DNA from: Chrysomallon squamiferum
Lineage: Eukaryota > Animalia > Mollusca
Assembly: GCA_012295275.1 (NCBI GenBank)
Contig: CM022665.1
Span: forward strand, 41,106,001 to 41,170,000
Direction of reading: 5' to 3'
Length of the DNA: 64,000 nt
Positions 1 to 30,589 of this stretch are shown piece by piece (the first letter of the stretch is position 1; every line of letters begins with the position of its first letter). A model generated the notes under the pieces. The model made no database searches. It was not told where the DNA came from and saw only the letters and a list, made by a program, of their open reading frames with translations. The position numbers and the translations under genes were made by a program.

Positions 1-2498
1 GAGCCGACGAGTATGAACATCTGGCCAGAGTGTGCATGGACAGGAGACAGTAAGATTATTTAACATTGCTTTAAAGATTAAAGTGATGTAGTAATTGTTG
101 TCTGGAGTTATATTAAAAGCAACAGTTAAAAATAGAAAAGGAAAACAAAAATGAGTTGTTAAAGTTCATTATACTTGATTATTTCTTTCAAATACAATAT
201 TTAGTTGATACTTACAATGAAAGAAGATTATACATACTGAGTTCTATACTAAATATATTATTAATAAAATATTAACTTTAAATCTCTCTTCTTCAGACCT
301 CAGCTTGCTTTGGAATATTCAGGCAAAGTAAGTGATTTCTTTTATTACTTAAAATCTCCCCTAATATACTCAGTGCATATGTTTTTAATCTTTTTAAACT
401 GTGCAGTAAAAACAAAAACATTTAATTGTTGTTTAAACCATGTTAGAAAAGGAATAATTCAAGTTAGGGTATATACTAAGAAGAAAATGCCTATTAACTA
501 ATAAACAAAAACAATCATGTATTATAAACATTTATTTTGACACTATACATATGTGTATCATTTACTATATTTGGGTCTGATATCGCTATATATTTTTATT
601 CTTCTTCATAGTTTTTCTCATTCAGAATTTGTGAAGTTGACATTAATTCCTCCATCTTTACCTATTTGAGGATATGTTTCTAGTTCTTTCTTTTATGCAG
701 CATATGTTTCTTCAAGTTTTAAATTTTCTGTTCCTTTTTATGATTTAATATAATTGCTTCTATATTCTTTTGTAAAATCCTAGTTAGTAATAAAATAATT
801 TTATAACAGTATTTTGTCTTTTTTAGGCAACAAAAATTAGGCAGAAGGTTTATGGTGATGATCATCGAATCACCAAAGAGAGTTTAGACTATTTTGCAGC
901 TCTGTATGCAGAAGTGGGACGACATCAGTACAGTGGTAATTTATTTGTCATAGTTCATTCTTTAGAATTTCACATTTAGAATTTTTGATGATACCTTATT
1001 AAAATCAGGAATTAAAACTGTATAGTCTGTAATAGTTTTTGAATATTATTAACCATTTTTTATTCGATTTATGTCTAAGAATTAAGATAATAAAATTGGA
1101 TTAAAAAATAATTGTCTTGCTTGAAGATAATTATTTTGTTATGGCAGATTCCTTTATTGATGCCATTGAATTTTTATTTGATATGGTAGAGTCTATGTGT
1201 TATTTATCAAAGAAACTATTGTTTGTAAAATGTAGAGTGTTTAAAAGTAAATTAATTTTAAGATGAATCCATCTCTGGAATATGAAAAGTCTTTGATACA
1301 GTTAAAAATGTTTCAGAATCAGTGAAAGACCTGTTTAAGTCAGCAGAATGTTCACCAGTTGACCAAGATTCATCAGAAATGAGTCTTCCAGATGAAACTA
1401 ATATCAGATCACCCTCATCCATTCTTAGAAACAGGAAAGCTAAAGAAGGTGAACTTTAATAATCTCCTTTTATCTATAAAAAAAAATCTAAATTCATTGA
1501 TGAAGTTTAAAACTTGCTGATTTAACAATGATTTTTTGTCACAAAAATGTAATTAATATATCTTAATTTGGTATTGTGAAAGGTAAAGGTTAAAAACTGC
1601 AAATAATTATCTTATTAATTTTTACCGAATAGCTATCTGCTGAGTTTTTCCAAATAACTATAAAACACATTAAGACACATCAGTACCAGCTTCAAAATAA
1701 AAAATTTTGGTTTTGGAAAATCACTAAATTATTTTTTCTTTGATTTTTAAAATTATTTCCACTGATGCTTAAACTTTTTTATTTATTTAATAATAGTGTT
1801 TATAACTTTCAAGTTACATTTTTTATCATTTAATTGAGACACAGTTTTTAAATAACAGTATTTGTAACTTTTGAGTTCTATTTTTATTATTTAATTTATG
1901 ATTGGTATTTTTAATTTTTTTCTAGATAAAGAGAAGAAGCAAGTCAGATTTGAGGAACCACTGGAATACTCCAGATACAAAGGTACTATTATTACTTTTC
2001 TCATAATTACTGATGTAGTTTTTCAATACTATTTTTTTAGCAGAATAATCATGAGAACAGCAACTAAAAGTTTGTTGGATCATGTTTACAGCTGTTTGAT
2101 ACCAAACTGATGACGTTTTTAAATAAATATAACCATTATTTTGTTTAAAATTGTTAATAGTTATTACATTTTATTGAATTATAAATGTCATAATATGTTA
2201 TTTTTGAAATTAATTATGGTCACTGCATTAACCTTTGTTAAACTGGTCACATGTAAAGTTCAATTTGGTTTTATTTTTTGCTTTGTTTTTTTCAGAGGAA
2301 TGTATATCTCGAGGTCTACTCTGTATGCTATTTGCAATTTGCTTTTTACTTCTATTCGTTCTTGGAAGCTGGTTATATTGCAACCTGTACAGCAACACCT
2401 TTTGCGAATCAATGCAGAATCAAGTCCAATTTTATCTGAATCGGATCAAATACTTCTACTATCATTATGACTCAACCAACAAAGTAAAATATTGGTAA
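1..2498 (+). CDS. CNST: Consortin-like protein, 3' portion (TPR-like repeat, PP1-docking motifs, C-terminal TM / Consortin_C-like domain); 5' end outside window
   Basis: Phase-consistent GT-AG exons <1-49, 297-327, 827-935, 1317-1448, 1926-1982, 2296-2498. They give ADEYEHLARVCMDRRQPQLALEYSGKATKIRQKVYGDDHRITKESLDYFAALYAEVGRHQYSE...SPSSILRNRK...KKQVRFEE...GLLCMLFAICFLLLFVLGSWLYCNLYSNTFCESMQNQVQFYL...KYW*. SILx + RVxF + TM + LYC..C..FY is the consortin C-terminal pattern. Confidence 0.72.
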
Positions 2499-2515
2499 AA
2501 AAAACAATTACCAAT

Positions 2516-2745
2516 GATGAAGGTCAAAATCTGGTAAAAGTAAATTTAATGAAGGTCGTCACCTGGTAAATAATCATTATTCTTTTTATTATGATCAAAA
2601 TCTGGCTAAATAAATTTAACTCTGGTGAAGGAATATATCATTAGAACAAAAAAATTATTATTATGGTCAACAAATGTAACACCGATGAAGGGCAAAAACT
2701 GGTACATGAAATTTAATATTGATGAAGATAGACAATTGATAAATT
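2516..2745. repeat. Degenerate interspersed repeat (core GATGAAGGTCAAAATCTGGTAAA), about 5 copies, in the proximal 3' UTR
   Basis: Copies near 2516, 2548, 2590, 2684 and 2721, with irregular AT-rich spacers. Confidence 0.6.
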
Positions 2746-5159
2746 GTTACATTTACATGCATGAAAAAGAATGTATTTTGGGGATGTTACATTAACATGA
2801 CAAAAAATGCATTTTGTTGCATAAATCAAAATTACTGCATAATGTTCTACCATGTTCAATTGTTAAAGCAACATTTTTAGTTGTTTACTAACAGGTAACT
2901 AATACTATGCAGATTAATTTCAGGCAATTTTTATGTATTTTAATTTCATTGTAAACCTTGTATTTGTGGTTATTTGTGATATATGTTTTTACTAGACGTT
3001 AAGAATGTTTGGATAGTCCAAGTGAAATTAGTAGAGGCCAACGGAAAGAAAATGCATTTAAAAAAAAAAAAAAAAAAGTAATAACTAAAAAACGTTTTAG
3101 AAAAAAAAAAGTTTTTGATATTTTACATTTTTACATGTTTTTTAGATTAGATTTTGGTATTGTTTACACCTACTTCTTAATATGTATCTCTCACCTTTTT
3201 CCTCCAATAATTTGAAAAAAAAAAAATAATAATCTTTTTTCTTAACTGATGCCTTAGTTTTTGAGGCACATGTATTTTGATTTTCTTATTTTCATTTCTT
3301 TTTTTTGTTTTTGTTCATTTTACCTTTTTAAGGATTTTGTGTATCTTATGTACTGTATCAAAATTTTACATTTAGAAAATAAAAAAAAATTAATATAATC
3401 ATTTTTTCCCCCATTTTTTTAAACTGTCATTAAAAATGAAACCATCAAATTAATTTACGGTTGTCTCTTGTAAGCATATTTTTTAGTTTTTCCATGTGCA
3501 TTTATTTTTTCCTTTTTTGTGGAAATGTACATAAGTGATGATTATCATCAATAAATGTTCAAACCTGTGATGATTTATTTGCTTATTACAGAATACTTAT
3601 GATTAAGTTAGATTATTTATTATTTTAATTTTTTTTAAATTCTCTTTTAAAGTTATTTTTCATTTATACTTGTATTTCAAAGCAAAATAATAATAATAAA
3701 AAAAAAGTGTTTACAAAAAAAAAAAATAATAAAATAAAAAAAAAAGATTAAAGAAAGAAAAAAGTTTGTAAAACATTTTAATTAATGTTCAGGTTAATTA
3801 ATTTCCTTTAACATGTTTATACATTTTGAAAAAGCTTAACAAAGTAAAAAAAGAAAAACTTGCACAAAAATAACTTTTTATGAAACATCTTTTCCTCTGT
3901 GTTGCTTTATCATTAGTAATTAATGAAATTTATATTTGTTGACTAAGTTATTGTATGGTATTTATGTATTAGAAGGATATATATTGTTAACTGATTTTAT
4001 TTTATTGCAAATTAAAAATTCGAAAGTTGTGGATTTGAATTTCCTTTTGTATCTGTGATTTTTAAATTATTATTATTATTTTTTAAATTATGTTATTGTT
4101 GTACTTTGTAATTGTTTTTTTTTTTATTATTGTTTTCCTTAGCCTGACAAAGCTGCACAAATATAATCTATTTAATCCTCATTAACAGATGTTAAAAAGA
4201 GAAGATCTGTATCAAAGAACTGTGATATTATTTTTGTCTATTTGGTTATTGTTATTATTAATTATTATAAGATAAATTATTCATGAAATTAACACCAATA
4301 CAATTATTACTTCCTTATTATATTCTAAATTCATTTCTGATTTAATATATATTTAACAGTTGTATACCTGTTATAAAATGACAAAAGCAGATTAATCCTG
4401 CCAAGCGAATTTTAAAAGTTTTATTTAATTACTTTCGGTTTTGGGGTTATAGTAATTTTAATTGTTTCCTTTATTATCAGTTATAAAGTGTGTTTTTTAA
4501 TTTATTTTTAATTTTTTAAAATTAATACTATTATATACTTGTGTGTCTGCAATTTTAAAACCTCAGGTGATTATGTTTTTTTTACCTTATGTTTAACAGT
4601 TTTTGATTATTAAAAAAACAAAGGAACAGATGATGTTTTGAAAATATCTATTGTATAATTTGCAGTTTACTAACAGTAAATGAAATAGATAAAAGATTAT
4701 AGTTGAAAATTGTATTATAATGTATTATTTTATTGGACTAAATTTCAGAAAAGGCAGATACCATTATATATCAATATATTTATATCTGTATTTGTTAAAT
4801 AACAATTCTTAAATTACTTGTTAATTCTCATTTAAATTATTTGTTACATATAAGTTTGTTTTACTGAACCAGGTCTTCATAATTGTATTGCAGTGTTTAT
4901 GTAATTGTAAATTTAATAAACAGACAACCAAGTGCAACATTTTGTTTCCTTTTTAATGCTGTTATTTTACTAGTATTTCATTTTAAATTTAATTTTGACC
5001 GAGTTAAAAAAAACAGTGGAAGCAGCTATAACTGCAGCAGCCATTTTGTAAATGCATAAAGGAAAAATATTTTCAGTATAAACAGAAATTAATTTAAATG
5101 AAAGTAGTGTAGTAAATATTAATGAAACAAATAATTTAACTCTATTGTTTACTCTAATT

Positions 5160-7490
5160 TCATTTAGTCTGTGATAATTCTGGATACAGTTTGAATGCTT
5201 TTCTGTACAACTCCACTGCCTCCATGCAATCTCCATCTGCCTATAATAATGACAGAGATCACTGAAAGTATTGTATAACAAATGATCACAGCTTTCTTGC
5301 TCATATCATTAACCAAAACTAAATATTCATTCATTCATTTCATGATAACTGTATGTAAAAACCAATAAATTATGAAAATATTTAAAATGCTTATTTAATT
5401 GCATATATAAATTTTATTTTCTTCAGAATTTGAGAAGATCAAAATTCGACAAGCCTTTAGATTAATTTTATCCCTTAATCCTGTATTTTGCAGATGATAA
5501 ATAGAAAAATAAAGGGAGATAAAACAATATCTTTGAATAATTTGTTTTCTTCAAACATTAAACCCACATTTAAGATTAAACTACAAAATTACCTCTTTTC
5601 TTTCTGCTTCTTGTAACAGTTGAACAGCTTTTTCCTCATTTGTTGATAATGATGGCTTTTCTGTGTTTTTAAACATAATGTCAGTTCTCAGAATGTACTT
5701 AACACCATCACTGAAATATAACAACAAGAAACATTATTATTGTTTATGCAGAATGTCCTTAAAAATGATAACTGTGTAGTCCAAATTCGGTGTATTGATC
5801 TAAAACATTTTTGGAAGGTTACATTCTTACAGAAAATAAAATTAAACATATAAAAAAAAAAAAAGTATATATATATATATATATAAACCCTTAGATGCAT
5901 ACTCTCTAGAAAGCTGTTCTGAATTAGCAAAAACTATAATATTTTAATTAATCAATTAATTTATTTTTGTTTTATTTTGGTCTCCTCAGTGGCTGTAATT
6001 GGCTTATTTATCTATTCTATATTGCCAGCTATTAAGAAACTTAATTAATAAAATTTAATTCACCATAATTTTTGGCCTTCATGAAGTCGATGATGATTGA
6101 AAATAATAGCCATTCCTGTTTCTGGCTGAATGCAACATAAAATATTCTTTTCTTCAGCACAGTATTTACCATCAGTATCCTAAATAAAATTTAAAAATAA
6201 TATGAGCATATACACATAAACCAAACTGATCATTAAAACTTTTAATATTGTCACAAAATGTTTGTTCTAAACTGTCCAATGTAAATGTCTTTTTGATAGT
6301 GTTAACAAATAACCTAACTCTTTACTGCATATTTCCAAGTTACTCTTTATAGGTCTATAATTAATCATCATATGAAAATATAAAAACAATAAAACTAAGA
6401 ACAAGACAGACTAGTACACTGAATTTGATAATAATGTACTCCCTATGAGTACATTATTATCTTTATAATTATTCTCAACATTTTGTTGTTACTTTTTAGC
6501 TTTTGTACCTTAGTATAACACAGATTAAAAAAAAAAATAATAATAATTATAATTATATAAAACTCAAAACTAAATTATATTTATGGAATTTTACCTTATA
6601 TAGCTGCTGCTTTTCATCAACAAAATTGGTGCTGCCTCCATTAAAACTGCCGTTAAGATATATCATCAAAGTCTTCAGTGATCTGACTTCTGCACTTTCA
6701 ACAAAATGGCCATCAAAGTGAGGGGCAAAATGTCCTCCAGGGTAATATCTACATAATCTGAACACCTGTTAATTATAGAAACAAATTAATTAATAATTCA
6801 CAATGACAGTAATAAAAACATTTATTTAATTTAATTTTTTTTTAAAAGAAGAAGAAAAAAAATTAATTCACTGAAGATAACTATAAATAAATAAATAAAA
6901 ACTTAATATTAACTAAATTTAAATTGTAAAGATTTCTTTTACCTCATTTAAGTAATGTGGTTTCCATGATCCCTGAAGAAGACATTTCACTCCCTGAACA
7001 TGATGTTGGGATGGATCACCTTCAATTTTTATGGTTGATAGATAGTTCTTAACTCTTTCCCATAACAGAGATGCTAATTCTGGGCTTTTGAATATTATCC
7101 TATAAAGAATAAAGAATTTAAAACATTTATCTTTTTCGCTCTCTTTATATATATTTTTTAAATTATAAATAAATAAACAATATTGTAGCTTAATAATAAT
7201 ATATTAATTTCTCACCTTTGGCTGCTCCTGTAGCTATCATTTGCTTTACATATTCCACGAAAACCCGATTTTTCTGCATTTTCAATGTAGTGTTGGCATT
7301 CGTATTCACTCATCAGATTATGCAGGAGAAATCCTTGGTCTCCAAAGTTAAAAACATCTGACTTTAGAATTAATTTATTGTAATTAACATCCTCATAATG
7401 ATCTATCGTCTGCAAACTTTCGGAATCATAGAGTATTTCCCCCTTTTTGTTCGAACCGTCCTCGGTGCCAGGAACGAATTCACTTGTCAT
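5160..7490 (-). CDS. 2-oxoglutarate/Fe(II)-dependent dioxygenase (P4Hc / 2OG-FeII_Oxy_3-like) with C-terminal TPR/MIT-like helical hairpin
   Basis: Six phase-consistent exons: 7490-7216, 7099-6943, 6765-6595, 6179-6064, 5710-5593, 5240-5160. Motifs: LNEVFRLCRYYPGGHFAPHFDG (HxD), RSLKTLMIYLN..FNGGSTNF, QPETGMAIIFNHHRLHEG (distal H), GVKYILRTDIMF. Tail: EKAVQLLQEAERKEADGDCMEAVELYRKAFKLYPEL. Confidence 0.9.
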
Positions 7491-7941
7491 TTTTATATCA
7501 CTAATAACAAATATAAAATATAAAATGTATTGTTTATTTATCTACAGAATAGCCTGTATAGATGGTTTTTATTTTATTTTTATTCGTTTCTACATGAAGA
7601 TATATTTTAAGGATAATTCTTTACACGTAAGACTAAAAGCACTTTGATTAGGTTTATATATATATATATGCTGTAGGATAATTACATAAAATAACGTTCC
7701 AAAACAAGGTGTTAGTATGTAAGCGAAAACTTTAATATGCCGATACATTTTTATAGTTTTTATGTGTGTTCTTGCACAAGCAAATGATATTTCCATTACA
7801 TTCTCGTTCGTTTTTTCCCAGATGTATTGCACCACGCAACGACACTTTGTTTACATTTCCGGGTTTGAGAAATCGTCCGAGTTCAGGAATAAACAAAACT
7901 TCAGCAATGCGGTTTAGTTTAATGTTGTAAAAGCATGCTAT

Positions 7942-8055
7942 AAAACAACTAGACAGGTGCTTGCGTCCTCTTGCGAGATCTTACCGAATAAAGTGATCTC
8001 TTTTCTCGCAGAGGTTCTAGCATTGATGATCCAGTGACTAAGCCAGAGCGAGGAC
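7942..8055 (-). ncRNA. Candidate structured small RNA (~114 nt) with Pol III type-3-like promoter; family unidentified
   Basis: GC-rich island on the - strand. TTATAA starts 28 nt upstream (8083-8078) and octamer ATGCTAAT is at 8176-8169. 5' GTCCTC pairs with 3' GAGGAC; internal stems TCTGGC/GCTAGA, CTCGC/GCGAG and GAGATC/GATCTC. Ends in TTTT (7945-7942), with a second TTTT at 7932-7929. Confidence 0.4.
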
Positions 8056-9144
8056 GGAGACAAGTCGGTCGGTTGGCTTATAAAGTTTAGGACCGTGATA
8101 GAAGCAGAACAGGACCTATTGAATATTGATAAAGATTATTGATACTATAAAGATAATCAAGGGGGCTCATTAGCATAAACTATTAATATTTTAATGAAGA
8201 TTCGTGAAAGATAATCCATATAAAGTATAGATAAATAATAAAAGTACCAGTAACCAACTTAAGGATTAAATTTGCTGCTTTTTAGAAGTGTAAACACACA
8301 TGCACATTATATGTAACCATATCTCTATCTTGAATAAAATAGCATGGGAATTATGTTGTTTGTAATAATATCATATGTCTAAATTATAATGATATATAGA
8401 AGGAATTTTATTTTTTAATGCACTAAATGTCTGTATTCTAGTGCAATTTCACATGGGTAGGATTTTTGTATTATATAAACTTAATACTTCAGTGATACAT
8501 CTTGGGAAGAATATGTCATTCATTAAAATGTCCTATTTTAGTTTTTTACATCATGCGGAAGGTCCTGACACTGATGTTAAAGAAAGTAATTTGGTTGTTC
8601 ACAAACTATTCTAAAAGATTTATATTTACCTTCACAATGTGCAGAAGTTTAAAATTAATTCAGACCAGTGTTTTCAAATATTTTTTTTAAGAAGTCAATC
8701 AAAATTTAACAAACATGAATAAACTTGTTGCAGTTATTGTTCAGTCAAAAGTTAATTTAAATATTGGCATTTAATATACATATATATTTATGTATATATT
8801 TTTTATTCCATCATGACGTAATTAATTAAGTCTAATAGTGACACAAATTTTATAATAATCATCCTCTTAAAAACACTCCCCCCCACAACTTGTATTTATT
8901 AACAGAAAACATGGATGGATAATAATTTTATTCATCAATAGTAAGGACAATAAATTAGTACAATGTTTCTTTATGACAATAATCTTTTACGTAATAATTC
9001 TGCTTCCTTTTGGATTCAAAGAATTAAAACTTTTCTTATTTATCCACTGAATATTTAAACATTTATTTATTGTTTGTAATAACAGAAATAAGTTAACCAC
9101 AAATTTGTGTACAGGATAATGATTTTTTTGCACATCATTAAAAT

Positions 9145-9181
<37 letters not shown>

Positions 9182-9198
9182 AATAAAATATATATATA

Positions 9199-27135
<17,937 letters not shown>

Positions 27136-27211
27136 GTCGATACTAAGGAACTAACGTTTCTATAAATGTATTTGTTAATATTATTTATTATCAGTATTTG
27201 TTTCTGACACA

Positions 27212-27260
27212 TTTCGCGCTTGCATCGTATTTCCCGCTTTATTACATCTGCGCATGTGCA
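27212..27260. promoter_or_regulatory. Claspin promoter: two E2F sites and an NRF1-like site
   Basis: TTTCGCGC (27212-27219), TTTCCCGC (27230-27237) and TGCGCATGTGCA (27249-27260), 77-125 bp upstream of the ATG of an S-phase gene. Confidence 0.7.
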
Positions 27261-27363
27261 GTTGAATGTAAGGGACACAACTCTTATTTTCCGTTTTCTT
27301 TTGGATTTCCTCTTATTAAATTTTCATAACTTCGATAAGACCGATTTTATTATATTATTCTGA

Positions 27364-27409
<46 letters not shown>

Positions 27410-28552
27410 AAACATATTAAGATATAAAGCAGGTCGATGTCACACGTGTACATTTGCAGAGAATTTAATCTCAATGTGAATATCATGAATATGAATAATA
27501 ATAGAATATCTGTAATTTGTAATCATTTTTCATGATTTTATCTTCACTGACTTAAGTTAAATTTCTAAGAGATAGTTTTAAAATATTTGTATAATAATAT
27601 ATCCCTACTTTCCTTAAAACATTGCGACACTCGATTTTTTCAAATTCTCCTTTTATTTATAATTTCCTGAAAATGTTGGTCTGGTTGGTGTTGTTTTAGG
27701 ATCTTGTAAACAAATAAAGATTAATTTACATTATAATAGTAGGCTTACTTTAAACTTGAATGGATCGGATCTCAGTATTGAATGTAGGGTCTAATTCTGA
27801 CATTGTGAGAAATTACATATTGAAAGATAAACAAATAATATTAATATATTGTGCTTTAAAGAATCATCTACATTAAGACACAACATGATTGAAACATTTC
27901 AAAAGATTTATTCCTTTAAGAAAATTATATTATATACCATGTATATATAGTTAGTATTTGTATGTTTAAACAGATACAAATGATCCAAATAAAGCTAACT
28001 TGGAACGTAGTAATTTCAAGCATGTAAATTTTACAATGCTCAAAAACATTATATATATAATACAAATTTAAAAACAATATATATTTTTGTATAAATAAAA
28101 AATAAATTATATTTACATGAAATTAAAAGATCAGCTGGTAAAATACATTCTGAAGAAAATGCCTTCTTTTTGTCTCCAGATCCACACCTGCAATAATTCA
28201 TTTTCTTTTCTGAATCTTAATTAACAAATAAAACTAATCATCATCATAAAACACCATCATCACACTCATATCATAATAAAAAATACAAAAAACCCATTTT
28301 AATAAATGTTTCCTAATTAAAGATTTAAGATTTGAAGAATAATATTACAAATAACAAACTGCAGACACATACACGTGAAAGCAGAACAAAAGTTGCATCC
28401 AATAAAAGAGAATAAATCTAAAATATATAGCTTCAAAATTCTGTATCTCTACATAATGAGAATAATAACACAATACAGTAGAAATATTTTATATATTAGT
28501 ATATGTATTATTTAATTTTTCACAAGATCAGGGATTAAGACTAGGAACTTCG

Positions 28553-30555
28553 TCATTTTTCTTCCTGTTGCTTGTGCATAGTCCAAATACATGTCTGCCC
28601 AATGCCTGTCATGGCGATTACTTTGTAACCAATCAGCTCTAGTTTATTCATGACAACACGAGGTGTGTCTGGAACTTTATATTCTGGACTGTTGAGAAAG
28701 AGAGAGAGTTTTTTTAATAATAATAATAATAGTAGTAGTAGTAGTAAATTAATACAATAAATACAGAAATAATAATTAGTTATTAACAAATAATTAAAAT
28801 AATTTAATTAAAAATAAAATAAAAATAAAAACATCAGCAACAAGGATTTGATATAAATAAAACTATAAAAATTTAATTATATTTAAGTAAAATCAGGAGG
28901 AAGAGATAATAACAAAAAAATCCCATTTTTTATTGGATTTTTCAAATGGCAAAGTAAAATTGTTATATATTTGTTCAGTGAGAAACCTTTAATAAAAAAA
29001 AAATAAGTGAAATACAAGAATATTAAAAAAAATAATAATAATAAATAAAAATTATAAAGAAGAATATTATAATCCTTCAATATTAAAATTTAAAATGCTG
29101 TAGAACAAAAAAATCCATTAAAAAAAAAACTAACCCAGTAATACTCACAAATTATTTCCCAGCTCTCTTGATATCGTTGCTCCAAGGTAATTCATAATTT
29201 GAGTGTCACTCTTTTCATCCCCAACAGTTGTGGGTCCTCTTTCCTGGAAATTTGAAATTTATATTTCACCATAAAATTAATTTAAACTAAACAATTCTTT
29301 AAATACAAATAAAAACACAGTGCAGAAAGGGAAAACTGCACAAGGCCACTAAATGTACAAATAATACCAGGAAAATAAGAAAAAGTTGATGCATATTTTT
29401 CTATGATAATAATAATTATTATTTCACTTCCATAGGATATATATTTTATTCCCATCTTGCTTGCTTTCAGGCTTTCTTATTCTGCAAATACAGCCTATAA
29501 TTAATTTTTGTGACATTTGCTTTTAGGATCTAGAAATTTAAGGTTCATAGGGAGGAAAATACATCAGAATTAACTGGGGGGGTGAATAAATAAATAAATA
29601 TATATATATATATACATACACACACAGTGGCACCTTGAGTTATGAGTGCCCCAACTTACAAGTTTTTCAAGTTACGAGCAGTCAGCCAATCAGTTTCTTG
29701 CTTTAAGTTGCAAGTCAAAATCCAAGTTACGAGTGAGTTTCATATATGCCGCTGCTAGTTGGCACAACGAACAACATAACATGCACCAGCATCCTGCATC
29801 TCACTCATTTAATTCATGAAGTTACTTCGCCGCAGAAGCATCTCTGTTGTGTTGTGTTCACATTTTGTGCAGTATTTTCCCAGATTTCTTTTTTCTGATC
29901 ATGGATCCTAAGAAAGTGCAAAGGACAATGCTGAGAAGTAGCGGATGATGTCCATTGAATTAAAGATTGAATTCATAGAAAAACACGAGCGAGGTGTGCA
30001 TCTAGGTGACTTGGCTAGGCTGTACAAGCATAGTACTTGTATGATATGTACCAGACTGAAGCTGAAGGAGTCGATAAAGGCTGTAACTCCTGCCAAAGGG
30101 GTTAAGATAATTGTTCTGATCTCCAAGATAAATACACTTAACAAAACCAATTTATTTATTTACATTCTCTTTTATTTTGTTTTTATACAATATTTGTTAT
30201 TTATAAATACATTTTTCTTATTTAAAAACAAGTTATATTTAAAAAAAATTAAAAAATTAAAATAAAAGGGGTGGTTTTTAGGGGGCTGGAATGGATTAAT
30301 GGTATTTCAGTTAACTTCAGTTGTGAAAATTGATTTGATACACGAACGAATTAAACTCTTAAGTCAAGGCACCACTGTGTATATATATATATAACCATTA
30401 CAATTTAGTTGTAACTGGCTTGATTCAGCATAATTATTATGCACATTTGTGTGCAGGCCTAGTGTATAAGAATTAGATTTATATTTACATTTATTAGTAT
30501 TATTATTATTATTTTATTTATCTTTTATATATATATATATAAAAGATAAATAAAA

Positions 30556-30589
<34 letters not shown>

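Noticed and set aside
2516-2745. CRISPR-like repeat-spacer appearance
   Set aside because: Repeats are diverged, spacing is irregular, there are no cas genes, and the context is a eukaryotic 3' UTR.
4970-5281. 103-aa minus-strand ORF
   Set aside because: Out-of-frame overlap with the true last dioxygenase exon (5240-5160) plus UTR.
8020-8045. CATTGATGATC (U3 box C-like) and GATGATCCAGTG (tRNA-Sec-like) on the + strand
   Set aside because: No U3 boxes A, B or D and no cloverleaf or TCA anticodon arm; a T4 at 8001-8004 argues against a + strand Pol III RNA.
27765-27800. Weak hairpin around ATTGAATGTAGGGTCT
   Set aside because: Pairing is too poor to support a structure or element call.
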